Source of the DNA: a virus | Taxonomy: Duplodnaviria; Caudoviricetes | IMG/VR virus record: IMGVR_UViG_3300000502_000002 | Location: 1 to 53,881 of that record | DNA length: 53,881 nucleotides | Reading direction: 5' to 3' (one strand) | Part shown: positions 1 through 11,000 of the stretch, one piece after another | Layout of the letters: each line of letters starts with the position of its first letter | Numbering within the stretch: the stretch's first letter is position 1 | The notes under the pieces: generated by a model | Seen by the model: the letters and a program-made list of their open reading frames with translations, nothing else | Databases searched by the model: none | What the model was told of the DNA's origin: nothing | Program-made: the position numbers and the translations under genes

Positions 1-22
1 CCTCGGCCTACGGATTAGAAGT
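1..22 (-). repeat. att core copy: fragment of tRNA-Arg(UCU) from anticodon loop to T-stem
   Basis: Reverse complement is ACTTCTAATCCGTAGGCCGAGG: anticodon loop CT-TCT-AA, 3' anticodon stem TCCGT, variable loop and T-stem start. The tRNA match stops just beyond the anticodon loop. Confidence 0.85.
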
Positions 23-84
23 TAGCAGCCGTATTTTTTTGCGCCTTACAACTATCTGTTTTGACTAAGCTTTTTTGTCTATCA

Positions 85-129
85 AATACCATAAAACCTA
101 GATGGTATCGCCTTGGTATCAATGGTATT
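85..129. promoter_or_regulatory. Putative integrase arm-type sites (left arm)
   Basis: TGGTATC at 103-109 and 114-120, TGGTATT at 123-129, inverted AATACCA at 85-91. The same heptamer is tandem at the right end (53602, 53613). Confidence 0.7.
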
Positions 130-243
130 TCCGAGCTAGGGGCTGGAAGATGACACAATAATTTCAATCAATCAAGTATTTTTTTAATACTATTTTCCAG
201 CACGGAAAAAGTACTCATTATGATATCACTTACACTGTTTTAG

Positions 244-564
244 TCAAACCGCCTTCGGCTTGTAACCGGTTGTCTTTTTCAGCAATTCAGCCTTTTCAAC
301 AAGCGCGCGGATTTCGGTCTCAATTGCCTCGGTGCTATGATTATCATCCAGCTCTTCGACCAAGTGATCAGCCGCCCAAAAAAGAAAGCCGGGCCACCGC
401 CAGGTAAAAGGGAATTTTTTAATCCTCCGGCGCGCCTTCTCCCACCCCATCCTTGCACTCAAGGTCATGCGATAGTTGCCACCGGCAAGAATGGTGTTCA
501 GCGAAGCACTCAGCCATAGCCGGATATTGATTAAGTAGTCTTTCAGCTTCTTTGCAAAAATCAC
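244..564 (-). CDS. Conserved phage hypothetical protein (lysis-cassette neighbour)
   Basis: 106-aa ORF overlapping the holin stop. N.IL.GG...TLSAR.G and NH..AIE pattern resembles a common small phage protein. Confidence 0.65.
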   Translation of the reverse strand: MIFAKKLKDYLINIRLWLSASLNTILAGGNYRMTLSARMGWEKARRRIKKFPFTWRWPGFLFWAADHLVEELDDNHSTEAIETEIRALVEKAELLKKTTGYKPKAV

Positions 565-1076
565 GATTTCAACCCTCCTTTAATATTTTCGGTGCTGGTT
601 CCATTTTTCTTATCCCAGCTTCTCATTAACCCAATCCCGAGCATCGATCCAAGAAGACCAAAAATATCGGCCATCCCAAAGTCAGGGAACGCAGGAAGAA
701 CGATATTGGCTACCTCCGTTATCACATGGGCGGAGCTTGCCACGACCTTGAGAATTAATACGCACTGCCATGTCCATACCACGGTAAGGACAATTGCTTT
801 GGGGATGAATGCCAGGGCTAGGATAGTAGTACAGACCCACCCAATAGCAGGCCTCCACCCGGCGACAAAGAGACTTTTGCTTTGGGCCTCGGCCTTGTTA
901 ACTTCAAGTTGACCAAGGATAACCTGCACATGGAGTTGAAGCTTTTCAAGATCGCCATGCTGCCGCAGCTCTTCAAGCTTGCGGATCTCTTCTGCGCGTT
1001 TGTTGGCATCTGGCCAGATTCTTTCAATGACCGACTGCCCAAGATTGAAAGCCGCCGTTAGTGGATCAACGCTCAT
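561..1076 (-). CDS. Holin of the 3-TM (GTA-type) family
   Basis: GWRPAIGWVC motif, hydrophobic segments, C-terminal GLMRSWDKK; adjacent to the endolysin; SD AGGAGAG. Confidence 0.85.
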   Translation of the reverse strand: MSVDPLTAAFNLGQSVIERIWPDANKRAEEIRKLEELRQHGDLEKLQLHVQVILGQLEVNKAEAQSKSLFVAGWRPAIGWVCTTILALAFIPKAIVLTVVWTWQCVLILKVVASSAHVITEVANIVLPAFPDFGMADIFGLLGSMLGIGLMRSWDKKNGTSTENIKGGLKS

Positions 1077-1108
1077 GGGTTAACTCTCTCCTGCTGTTTT
1101 GTTCCGGG

Positions 1109-1687
1109 TTAACTTCTAGCGAGCCAACCAGAAAGGAACTCTTTTTGAGTTGGATCTTTTTGTGCAATCCTGCGGTAAAGGGCCTCGGCAAAACTCTCAG
1201 CCCTGTCGCGTAAAACCTTCGGGTCTTTGGCCGTATTGATTGCATTGATCGATATTGGGCCAATCAATCCATCAGGCTTTACGCCAGCAGCTCGCTGAAT
1301 CCAGCGTGCGGGTTTCCGGTAATTACCGAAATGGACATGTTTTTCAAAAAGCCAATTTGATACAACCTGCGGAGCAATTGAATTGTATTCAGGTCGCCAA
1401 AAATTCGCCTCGTAGAAATCCATCACCATTTCCCTGAGCTTGGTGTCAGCCAAAAGAATCCGATCAAGAAGCTTGCGCCACATATCGGCCTGCCTCTTGT
1501 TGCCCTGTGGTTGAGGCCCGATCTTTGCCTTAACGGCGTCAATAATTTTCCAGCCATGCCATTGAGGCCAGTAGTTTCGAGCTATCCCAGAATACGACTC
1601 TCCGCCATGGTCATGCTTATTGAATACCCATCCGCCCTCAATGACCATTAGTGAGGGAATGGCATTAATAAAACTAGCCACCGGCAC
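1109..1687 (-). CDS. Endolysin, glycoside hydrolase family 108 with peptidoglycan-binding C-terminus
   Basis: EGG...D.GG..GI N-terminal motif (IEGGWVFNKHDHGGESYSGI), DG.IGP motif, C-terminal F..GWL.R. Confidence 0.9.
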   Translation of the reverse strand: MPVASFINAIPSLMVIEGGWVFNKHDHGGESYSGIARNYWPQWHGWKIIDAVKAKIGPQPQGNKRQADMWRKLLDRILLADTKLREMVMDFYEANFWRPEYNSIAPQVVSNWLFEKHVHFGNYRKPARWIQRAAGVKPDGLIGPISINAINTAKDPKVLRDRAESFAEALYRRIAQKDPTQKEFLSGWLARS

Positions 1688-1943
1688 CTCCTTTCCTCCA
1701 AGTTTCTAATCCAATTTTCACGATATATCCAAAGCCTCCTAAAACAGCGAGGACAACGGCCGTCCCAACAATTGCGACGGTTTTATTCCATGCGCCAATA
1801 AACCTCTTCACAAGAAAAAAGTCAGACTCTGTCAGGTTGCATTTCCGAGCAACCGGGCAAATAGTATGAGCATCGTCAAGAAAGTGCTCTTGAATAGCCT
1901 CCTTGACGATGCTCTTTAACTCTTCCTTTGTATCTGCTCCCAC
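1674..1943 (-). CDS. Small membrane protein of the lysis cassette
   Basis: 89 aa with one C-terminal TM segment; overlaps the endolysin start. Confidence 0.65.
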   Translation of the reverse strand: MGADTKEELKSIVKEAIQEHFLDDAHTICPVARKCNLTESDFFLVKRFIGAWNKTVAIVGTAVVLAVLGGFGYIVKIGLETWRKGGAGG

Positions 1944-2031
1944 TGGAATCTCCGAAGTTTAAGTTAGTCTAAACCATACACCAACTTTCATTTGTACCAG
2001 AAGGGCAATTTAATTGTTTTTTCGATCAAAC

Positions 2032-5000
2032 TTAAATATCGTTTTCCTGAGTAAAGCGCGCTGTTTTCTTATCCGGCCGGGAATGCAATGCCTGTTTCAG
2101 AGACCTTATTGGCGAAACCAACGACCTTGCCTGGCTGCTCATCAATTGTGCGTTAAACTCAAGCACAAGCTGGTGGGCCTCCTGCCTCCCTTTGGCGCTG
2201 CCATTCTCGAAAAGCCTTCTGATTTTTGCGTACACCTGAGACTTACGTTCTTGCCAGTAATTCTTCAGTTCATAGCCAACGAACTGAAGGTTTGACTGCT
2301 TCGATTGCTCAAGTGGCTGGAACCCTAAAGACCGCTTGAAAGCGTCGGTTCCATCATATTTCACTTGGCTGCCGTCCTTGCCATAGATCGGCTTTCCGCC
2401 CTTCGTTGTCGCCCCTTCACTCGCCAATCGGTATGCTCGCATCGGCCCAGCCATGAATTCTGGAGCGGCAGACTCAAGCGCTCGGTAATAATCCCCATTG
2501 CTGAAGCTGTCAACCGCATTAAAGCCTTTTTGAATCAGTGCCCCGACCGGACCGGTAGCGCTTTCGGTAACGCTATCCCCAGAAATAAAGTTGCTAAGAA
2601 TCGGAACCCTGACCGCCAGTGAATTGCTAATATTCAATCCGACTGTTGAAGGTAGACCATAGAAGATGAAATCGACTGCGGCGTCACCAGGGTCTCCGTA
2701 TTCGCTTGCGTGCTTGTGCATCCAACTTTCGAATTCCAGCCTGTAGTCTTTGCCCGTTATTTTCCGAACCAGCTTGTCAATATCGTCGGCCCCAGGAACT
2801 GCACCGATACCGCCAAGAACAGCGATTGCAGCAATGGCTCGACCAAGGGCAATGACCTGATCGCGCTCGCCACTTGTGGCCCTGTTATACATCCAGTTCA
2901 GAGAGTTGAATGCAAATGACTGAAGGGTGTATACGGTCCTCCCGGCCCAATTCCTTGCCCACTTTGGAAGATTGGCTTTGCCCGGAATAAAATGGACCGT
3001 ATAGACGAACTCAGAAGCTTTATCGAACGCATCCTGGTGGAATGGGTGTTCGGCTGTCGGTTTAAACCCTTGTGGCTGAAACGACCGATACGCTGCCAGA
3101 AATGCAGCCTCCCTATTGATGCGCTCAATAGCCTGGAACGGAGCCATCGTGAATTTGAGTGCTCGCTGTAAATTTTTATCCATAAAGGTGCCGGGGTTTC
3201 GGTCTTCAGCAATCATATCGCCAATTACAGTTTCGTGGACAAGGCCTTGCCGTAAGGCAGTCCAAAGCGCTGCCCGTTCTGACTTTGTTATCTTTTCGGT
3301 TAACCTCCCCTCCCGGCTAGCTGCATAATCAGACAATAGATCAGCGTGGGCTTTGGTCATTACTCGACCGGCACTCTTCGTATACCGGCTAAGCTCAGCT
3401 TGTCCGAAAGTCATGTTCTGGGTTGCGTTAACAACAGCCGAACTCATTTTAAGCCCAAGGAACCATAGAGTAGCAACACCCCTTGCTCTTGCGCTGATAC
3501 GATCTGCGTAACCGGAGTTTGCAAGAGAGTCCTTAACGTAGCTGAATGCCCACTCTTTTGCCTCTGGCTTTGTCTGATTAAGGTTGTGCATTTGCCGAAT
3601 TGCGTAACGCGACTTCGTAACGTAGCCACTTGCGCCCCGGATATATTGGTCAAGCGTCCCATAAACGTCGGAAGTATTATATCCTTCGATAAGATTTGCC
3701 TTCCTCCGGATTTGATGCCGGCCTGCTCCACGAGAAAGTATAGCGTCCGCAGTTTCACGCATCAGCGCGTTGCTGATTTCCTCGAACAACTCAGCGTTAA
3801 TCCCGACCTTCCCGTTAGCGCCATTGATTGCCTTTTGAATGAGCTGCTGAGTCGCAATATCACCGGTAATTGAGCCATACATTTCCTCTGATAACTTATT
3901 GACAATGGTCGGCTCCGGGAACGAATAACTTGCCGCTTCTTTGAAGTTAACAGGCATAAATTCTTTTGGGTTCTCCATCAGTTTCTTGCGAAGCTCTCTT
4001 GCTGCTGCCTTTGAATTGACCATCTGCATAAAGACTTCGCGCCCATCCGAGCCATCCTCATTTTTTTCGTTGACGGATACGCGATAAACGCCATCTTCAC
4101 GGATACGTGGGAACCAGCCATTTATATTGCCTACCTGGCTCTTTAGATCGCGCAGAGCTTTCCTGGACTCAACAAGATTTCTAGCCGCTCTTTTAACGCG
4201 CCGCTCGATGATTTTGTTTTCCATAACCGTCTTCAATGCCTGCCGAAGATCCTCGTCAATATTCTTGTCTTTGACAGTCGTTTGCCAATCGTTTCTTGCG
4301 TCCTTGTCTGTCAGAATCTCGACAAGGGTGTTGAACCATGGCTTATTCTGGTATTCAGGGAATATTAACTTCAGCCCCTGCATATCCATATAAGCCTTAT
4401 AGACATCACTCTCGATTTCAGAAAAATCCATTGCCTCTCTCGAACTCAGCATTTTTCTCAGTCGGGACTTGATCTCAGGCTTATGGTTGTACCGCTCAAG
4501 AGCATTCTCCATTAACTCATTGATCAGCTTCCCACGCAGACCACCGATAAATCCCCTCAGTTCCTTGTAATGCTTAAATGCTGCTTCATCCACATTTCTG
4601 AGCCGCGCATACCTTCTTGCATCATCAATCGTATCGTAGACCACCCCGAAGGCGTCGCCCTCGACAATGAGCTTTTGAACCATTTTTCTTTGCACCGCCG
4701 TTAGGTTGCGGAAGTCTTTTCTTAAATCCTGAAGCGTTCTTTTTTTCCCGTCCCGGGTCTCATATTCCATGAATGACGCTTTGGTCTTTGCGTTATCTTC
4801 CTGGCGCCGTATTTGTTCTTTGACAAAAACCCTGAGCAGTGGATTTTTCTCAGCCTGAAACAGCGGTGTCGCAATTATGTTTCCAATCAAGGTCTTGAGC
4901 CGTTCGTGCATCCTATCTGCAGCAAAGTCATGGATCGCCTTCCCGGCTGCGTACCCATTCAGTTTTGAGTTAACCCGGCGGGTCGTCTCTCTCGTTACCT

Positions 5001-8000
5001 TCTCGGAACCGTTTTTCATTGACTCTCTGGTGGCGGCATCGCTTTCCGATTGCTTCTGTTCAAAGCTAACGCTTCCGCGCTCCTCCTTTAGTTTCCGCCT
5101 AACGAAATCAAATACCTTGATCATCATGTCGCGGAATACTTCATAGGAGCTGCCAAGAAGCTCTTCCATTTTTGCCGTAAAGCTGGCAAGGCTATCGTGG
5201 CCTCCCTTGAGAAGATGCAGACCAAGATCGACCAGCTTCGGGAAGGCTGCTGCAGTATTGCGTTTCAGCTTCACAATCTCCTGAACAAGGGCGTCTACAG
5301 GAATCCCGGAGTTAAGAGTGGTTGTCTTTTCGCCTGACTTGCTTTGGATCGATCCGCGCCCAGCGGCAAACTCCGAGGAGACGCCAAAGGACATTTGGTG
5401 TTCACTGCCGAAGATATCGAGAACGCGGCCAAGGTTTTCGGCGTTGACGTTGGCAACCGCACTTCCCTGAACCTTCCTGTAGTCCCTGGCAAAAAGTGCC
5501 TGCATTTCGTCCGTATAGTATTTTTCCCGAGACCTCTTATCCCCAGGCACCCGAACGGTAGCCTCTCCATTGTAGTGATCATAGGAGATAGAAACCCCAG
5601 GAATGTTGGCGTTAACGGTCGATACCCGCGAGCTTCCAATTTTGGTCTTGAGGTAAGAAAGCGCTGCATCAGCAGTGACAAACGTTGTCTTTCCAAGATT
5701 TTCGGAGGACTCGCCTTTTGGCACAAGGATTCCTTGCCGCGTGTCTCCGTCTTCTGTTGTGAAGTTGACTATTTGGCCTCGGGTTTGTTGGTATCCATAA
5801 AGCAGGTTTCCAGTAACGACACGGACTTTCTCGCGATCCTTTTTCGGTGTGGCCCGGTCCCATCCTTCTGATGAAAACCCGTAGTTTTTCAGTCTTGTCG
5901 CTCTGAGTTGCGTGTCTCTCGACATCGGCAGGGAAATGGTCTGCATTGAGTCAGCAACTGCAAATTCAAGCTCGAAGCGAGAAAGTGCAACCGGGTTCGT
6001 CCCGCGCTTGAACCTCATCCCGGTTAAGACGGCAAGGGGGTTGTACCCCTCTTCAATGTTGACCTCGTAAGTACCGCCAATAACCAGATCGTCGTATTGC
6101 GAGTTAACTCCTTTCAGCGCGTTTCTGATAACCGACGCCGGGTAGGTGATAAGTCTTGAAATGGTGCGTTCCAATTGTTCTGGTTCAAGGTCTGCCTTAT
6201 CCTCTCTTACCTTCGCTTCGTAATCGGCTTCCATTCGATCAAGCTGGCTTATCAGTCCGGCATTATACTGGTCTCTGGTTCTCCCATCGAGGGCCTTGCG
6301 CACCAGCTCTTTGACCTTTTCGGAGTTGTATGGCTTCCTCAGTACGTTAACCTCAAGCGTCTCAAGGTAAGCGCTTGCTGCGAATGGATTGCCCTCGTCA
6401 GCCCCCTGGTGGATAGTGACCGATTCAAGCGTTTTTGCCCGATAGTCAAGATTGCTTGACTTCAGATCGTTCTGCCCGGTCCGGTCAAGATAATCCATCA
6501 AGTCTGAATATTCCTGCTCAACCTCTTCATAAAACTCACGTTGGGCCCTAGACGGTAAGATGGCGATCTTCCCAGAAACCCTCTGGAATAGGCCCTCTGC
6601 GCTGGTGTCGATATCAAGTAATTCGGAAATGTCAGGGTGATTAGCCAGGAACTCCCGTGTTACCGCATCTCCATGGCGGTTCATCATATCGTCGGTTGAG
6701 CGAGTTGAGGAAACGACAGATTCATCGTTTGCGCTGGTGTTGGCATTAAGGCTTGCCATTTTTTTCTGGCGGATAACATTCGGCCGAATTTCTGCTGGGA
6801 GAGATGTCGACGGGAAAATGTATCCCGGCAAAAGAGTCTTCCCGTTATCGTCGGCTACGAGTTGCCCCTTCCTATTGGATCGGCCCATCCCCTGCATCAT
6901 GGTGTTGATGTTCGGGTCAGGCTGAACCATCAGCATTATTCTTCGGCGACGATCGGTCCCTGTCTTCGGCGAGTTATGAAGCGACAGCCCGGTCGATCCG
7001 GCAGAGTTAAAAATAAGGGCGTCTGTCCTTTTATTGTTGAAGTCGATGACAGACTTATTCTTCTCTCCTTTTCTGATTTTTCTCGGCTCAATGGCGATAA
7101 GGTTTTTCTTGCCGTTAGTAAAGTCGTAACGAACGGCATATTTCCTTCCGGTGATTTCACCGACGTTGCAACCCTCATCTCTCATCCGCGCCGCAATATA
7201 GTCAATCGGAGATAGCGGCAGGTCAAGGTCAAGCCTCTCGATCTGGGCCTTGATGCCATAATAAATATCTTGAGCCTCTGGAGTTAACTGCTCAACTGGG
7301 ATAATTGACCTTGTTGAGTTCCCGTAGGGGTCTGTCACTCTAATTCTGCGCGTCCCTTCAAGGGCCTTATCGAGAACAGTAGAAAAGTCGGCGCTGACTG
7401 CTTCACCAAGAGAATACCCGCTCGCATCAATAAAATGCTCAAGCGTTGATTCCATGGTGTTCGTCAAATTAATAATCGGCTTTTCGCCTCTCTTGAAAAT
7501 TTCGATTGCCCTGTCCGCGGTCATATCGGCTTTCAGGGCTAGAAGGAGCTGCGAAACGATATTGTGGACAATTGACGAAAAATTGGTGCTGGTAACACCG
7601 GCAGACGTTGATTCTTCACCGGTGACGGCCATGCCGTTTTCCTGTGCATCTTGGTTCATATTGTCGACCGATTTAGACTTCAGCTTGTCAAACTGGACGA
7701 TTCGGCGCAGGATGGCCGTAACCTGGTCGGCTCGTTGTTCATCTCTTGCGGCGTTGGTGGTATCAGTCTCATAGGCAATACTAATGCCATCCCAGCTCGA
7801 TTCTCGCCGGATCATCTGCCCGGACTCGGCAAGTAATGACGCTATGGCTTGTTGCAGTGGAACCCCGCCGCGAGCCATAGCATCGATAAGCCCTTGCCTG
7901 CTTAGACCAGACGAGCCGATAGCCGTTCTGAAATAAATCGGGATGTTGTCGGGTCGCTTGGCGAACGTGGCCGACAGGTACAGAACACCGGCCGCATCTT

Positions 8001-11000
8001 GAAGTGCCGCAGAAAACACCTTTCCTCGGTTGGAGTCTCCTGCCGCCTCATGCGCTTCGTCCATGACGACAATATTGTCTACTGATAGCTGTGTGAGGAT
8101 TTGGCTTTGCAGCTTCTTCATACCCTCTTGGACCTGAGAATATGACGTAAAAACAACACCATAACCATGATCTTTAAACCATTGCTTAACGTTCCCACTA
8201 TCAAGGATCTCTTGGTATAGGGAGCTATCGCCATGCCTTTTTATTAAAACTTCTCCGCTCCCGTCCACAATATCCGAGTCGGGGTTGCTGTGCATGATAA
8301 AGGGTTTCATGTCGCCATACCCGATATCGTTCAGGTCTCCCCACATGTCAGTAAACAGTTTTGGTAAAGCGGTGGTAAAAACAGGGACATGTTCATTCAG
8401 GTTTGCATACCGGATAATGGCCGCTGCCGAACGCCCCTTGCCGACCCCTGTTTGGTCGCCAATGATAATAGCTTCGCCTTTATCTATCGCATCTACGGCA
8501 AGGGCAACGGCGTCTATCTGTTCGGCGGAAAGAGCTTTCCATAAGTCGTTTACGCTCCCGTACTGAAGTTTTTCAGTGAGGTAGTCGTCGACCGTCTTCC
8601 CTGTTTCGTCCTCAAGGGATTCAAGCGCCCCTTTAACCTTCTTCTCCATGTTAACGGGAATAAGGTTTCCGCCAGGTTCGCGGTTTGATTGTGGAGAGTA
8701 TGGAGCTTGGAATTTATTCCTCTTTGGCATTGCAGCCTTATTCGGCTTGCCATTTCTACTGGGGACTTTCTCCGGAGAGCTTTCTGTTTTTACTTTTGCA
8801 GCGTCTCTGGTTGCTGATTCTGACACTGCGCCGTTGATATCTGTTGCGTCAACTGCCGCGTCATTATCCATTCCAGAGAACTGGTCTCCGTAATTTGAAC
8901 TGATCGCCTTATACCAGCCCTTCAGGTGCGGCTTAACTCCTTCACCAAAGGCTTCAACCATTGTCTTTGCAAAGTCTGAAAACTTGCGGATACCCTTTTC
9001 GATGTGGTATCCGGCAATTTGTATCCCGGCAGAAAGTAGTTCCGGGTCGAACCCGGAGTTAACCTGCGATAGTTTTTTGCGCAAGATAGCTGCAGCTTTG
9101 TCTGCGGCCTCTTGCGTGAAGATTTTATTCTGCTCGCCTCCGGTTAATCGAGACTTCCCAGACCCGACGGGTTTAGAGCCGACAGAAGAAATGACAGAAG
9201 ATCCACGTCTTCTATCGGCAGCTTCGCCATTTCGTTCACTGCGCGCTCCACTCCCTCCGGATCCGCCGTCTCCTGCGTCTGAACTACTGTCAGCACTTCC
9301 TCGGCTATTGCGGACGGAGACATTGCGCTCATGTTCCCGCTTAGATGCAATCTCGGCTCTCGCAGCTGTATCTCCCGCATCATCTGCGCTATCGTTTCGA
9401 GCCCCTCTTTCTTGGCCATCTCTTGATACTCCGTCATTATCCGAGACAGTTGGTTCTCTGTTTTCATGCTGATTGACATAGGTCTTCCCTCCTTCTGTCT
9501 TGAGAATATCATAAAGTCTATCGAAGGTGTCTGCGGTTTCGACCTGGCCGCTTCTTGCCGGGGCGAACTCTTTGTCAGGAATGGACTTGCGACCGTCGAC
9601 AGCAATAACCCTGATATCGAAAGAAGTCCCTTGGCGGCGATATAAATCGCCATTAACATCAACGTTATGGGCAACGTTATAGTGGCTGTATAGCCAGTTA
9701 AAAAACATCCGGTCAGGCTCAGACATGCGGCCTTTCCCGTTGAAGTTATGTCCGCCAATGATAAATGCTGCTTTCCCGTCGTTGGTCATTTGCTCAAGGG
9801 ATTTTGCGACAATCAAATGCTCTAACTTGCTGATCGGAAAACCATCAATTTTAACAGGCTTGATACTTCCGAAGGGGGGGTTTGCAATAATCCGCTCCGC
9901 CTTCGGCAGACCATAATCGGACAAATTAAGATCGGTTGCGTCGGTATTAAAAACGTTGCCTTCCGGAACGCCATTATCCTTGAAGAATGCTTTCAGGTTG
10001 TCGAGCCTCGCACCGCTGTCTAGCTCATTTACAATAACGGAATCGAGGTCTTCTGCTCCAGAAATTAGCGCACCATTCCCGGCAGTCGGCTCATAGATAA
10101 GCATCCCGCCATTTTCATCGATACCAAGCCAATGCTGCATTAACGCGGCTATCGGAGACGGAGTAGAATACTGCTGCTTGCTCATTGACTTGCCGGTCCG
10201 CATCAAGAGGTTTGGCTGTCTCTTATACAATCTCTTGATCTTCTCGAACTTTGCGTCGAATGAACCCGGACCTCGCATGACCTCTCGGGCCTTCTTGACA
10301 ACCGCCAGTTCCATGGCCTCTTCAACAGCCTTGTGGTCATAATCTCCGGAATCGTTAAGTTCAGAAACCTTTTTCCCCCACAGGTCGGCCAGAGCCTTCT
10401 TTACTTGAAATTTGTCAAGGCTTGCCACATCTCTGTCTAAACTCCCGATCATCTCGCCAAATCTCTTCGACAAGCCAACCGTATTCACCTTGCTGGGTGT
10501 TCCGTGGTCAACATCGGCCTCTACTACCGCTCCCTTTTCTGCGGTTGCGGTTGCCGCAGCCATGGGAATTGCGGCTGCACTTCTGACTGCGTTCTGGGTT
10601 GCACGCTCCGCAACATCTTCAGTGGTGGCAGCGTTTTCTGATTCGGCTGTCGTCACGTTAACTTCAGACCTTAGCGGCTTGCCTTGATCTCCTCTACCTA
10701 ACCAGTCCTTAAGCCCGTCAATTGAAGTCTCGGTAATGGCCCCAGCACGTTGTGGGCCTGATCCATCACTAAACCCGCCATCGTAGATTTTTTTGGCTTC
10801 GCCTAGCGAGTTTGCCCCAATAATTACTTTATGTTCGTCAAAAGCTCCGGTATCCGGATCGACCTGATCGACAATGAAGGCCTTTTCACTCTGGGGATGT
10901 TCACCAATGTAAACATCGACTTGATCGCCATCAGCCCCTTCAGTCCTCTTAAAATAGCCATAGTGGGCAGGCATCTCGACAGACCACGCTTCACCATTAG

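Noticed and set aside
244-1943. Spanin (Rz/Rz1) genes
   Set aside because: No lipobox-containing ORF or nested Rz/Rz1 pair could be supported in the lysis cassette.
9874-9880. G7 tract in the NPPF codons as a phase-variation switch
   Set aside because: The run is short and follows from AAC-CCC-CCC codons. A frameshift would truncate a probably essential virion protein.
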